This document shows, one piece after another, positions 62,717-64,000 of a DNA stretch of 64,000 bases (the first letter of the stretch is position 1; every line of letters starts with the position of its first letter). Source of the stretch: a virus. A program made the position numbers and the translations under genes. Where the stretch lies: IMG/VR virus record IMGVR_UViG_3300034691_000040, positions 32,001 to 96,000 of that record. One strand, written 5' to 3'. The notes under the pieces are model-generated. The model was not told where the DNA came from and did no database searches. It saw only the letters and a program-made list of their open reading frames with translations.

Positions 62717-64000
62717 CCCGAATGCTGTCACAGCTGTAATTGCGGTGAACCAATCGATCTCCGCCAAGGGTGCACATCTTGACACACTGCCAGACACTGC
62801 GCTGGCCATGCTTGTGCGCGAAATGCCAACCACCGCCATCAAGGCTGAAGAAACCGATTATGCTGCTGCCGGTGCGATTCTGACAGACCTGTCGCGTGGT
62901 GAAGATCACGCAGCGGTGTTGCAACGCATCGTAGGTTTGGGCAGTGACTCCGTGCGCCGCACTTTGTCATTTGCACGCAATACCGTCATGCCGCACATTT
63001 ATCGTGTCATCGAAGCCTACACCGCCGAAATGACCAAGAACACCAACGTGGCAATGCCATTTGACGTCAAGCGTCATTTCGCACACGATGCGGCCAAAAC
63101 CTCCATCGCCATGAACTTCCTGGATCGTTGGGAACACGCCCCGGCGGTGACACCAGTTGCCAATGTTGATCTGGGCATGTATACCCCTGATGAGATACTG
63201 AACCTCGTCAAGATCAGCAATGATGGCGACTACAATGAGCACATCGAAACACTGCTCACTGAAGATGGTGGCCGTGGCCTGAAACAGTTGAGCGACATGC
63301 TCAAAGGCATCATGCCTGTTACCGCAGTGGATCACCATTTCCAACTGCCTGCTGCCGTCCTGCTGCAAAGCATCATCGGTACGCCTAAACCAGGCGTGGG
63401 CATGACGCTGACTGCGTACACAGCCGCTGTGAGCTCGATGGCTAACTACGCTGCCAAGAACGCGATGGCTGCATTGGGTCGTCTGAAAAACCAGCGTGTG
63501 GATCAGGCCCTGTATCACGGCATCTTCCAACACGACGCCAAAACCATTCCGGTGGTGGGCGAGGTTTACAACGACCTGCTGGAAAAAGGTTTCAGCATCG
63601 ACATGCTGTTCGGTAACGAACTGCTGGGGCGTAAGTACCAAGGGGCTGCGCTGCTGCAACCTGAAGCCATGGCCGAAATGACCGAAGTGTACAACCGCGA
63701 TCGCGCCATTCGCCAAACTGCACACAACCTGGACCGTCAGCGCATGAGCCGCCAGGCTATCCTGGATGTGCTGCGCACTGACCAACAGGCTATTGCGACC
63801 GCTGGCGAGTTCACCGTCGCTGACGACTCCGCTGATAAATCGTGGGCACGTCTGAAAGGGTTCATTGACAGCCTCACCGTCAATAACACCTGGTACAGCT
63901 ACGAGCCTTCTTCGATGATCGCAGCAACCATCTGCGCCGTCTGGTACGCGCACAGCGATGCTCACCGCATCATCGACATCATGTTCGAGCAAGGCAAAGC
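62709..64000 (+). CDS. Virion (head/ejection-type) protein, truncated by the window end
   Basis: ATG 62709 (MLDPNAVTAVIAVNQSISAKGAHL...). The frame stays open to the window end with capsid-like codon bias; it is missing from the ORF track because it has no stop. Confidence 0.7.
   Translation, partial: MLDPNAVTAVIAVNQSISAKGAHLDTLPDTALAMLVREMPTTAIKAEETDYAAAGAILTDLSRGEDHAAVLQRIVGLGSDSVRRTLSFARNTVMPHIYRVIEAYTAEMTKNTNVAMPFDVKRHFAHDAAKTSIAMNFLDRWEHAPAVTPVANVDLGMYTPDEILNLVKISNDGDYNEHIETLLTEDGGRGLKQLSDMLKGIMPVTAVDHHFQLPAAVLLQSIIGTPKPGVGMTLTAYTAAVSSMANYAAKNAMAALGRLKNQRVDQALYHGIFQHDAKTIPVVGEVYNDLLEKGFSIDMLFGNELLGRKYQGAALLQPEAMAEMTEVYNRDRAIRQTAHNLDRQRMSRQAILDVLRTDQQAIATAGEFTVADDSADKSWARLKGFIDSLTVNNTWYSYEPSSMIAATICAVWYAHSDAHRIIDIMFEQGK

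Noticed and set aside
62967-63992. 341-aa minus-strand ORF at the window end
   Set aside because: Shadow of the real plus-strand gene starting at 62709.
1-64000. Alternative genetic code or stop-codon readthrough
   Set aside because: Core genes are intact under the standard code and genes abut normally.

Overview
This window is from a phiKZ-like (Chimalliviridae-type) jumbo myophage genome. It is almost entirely the conserved core: DnaB helicase, major capsid protein, a non-virion RNAP beta fragment, a CYTH protein, RuvC, baseplate genes, portal, endolysin, tail-fibre and adhesin genes, PAAR plus spike, SbcC/Rad50, a candidate spanin pair, RNase H, UvsX/RecA, three virion RNAP subunits and a 2227-aa tape-measure/lytic transglycosylase. 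Family calls rest on motifs and recalled synteny, not on database searches. No tRNA, rRNA, CRISPR array, intein or transposase was recognised. The strongest unexplained signal is a family of 12 intergenic GC-rich hairpins with co-varying stems, each followed on the transcribed strand by TATG(N)YG. TATG is the phiKZ late-promoter tetranucleotide. It is present on both arms at convergent junctions and usually on one arm only at tandem junctions. Other leads are a riboswitch-like leader with a mutually exclusive terminator upstream of the CYTH gene, a T-even gp38-like polyglycine adhesin, a hairpin over the ruvC ribosome-binding site, and a two-gene accessory island.
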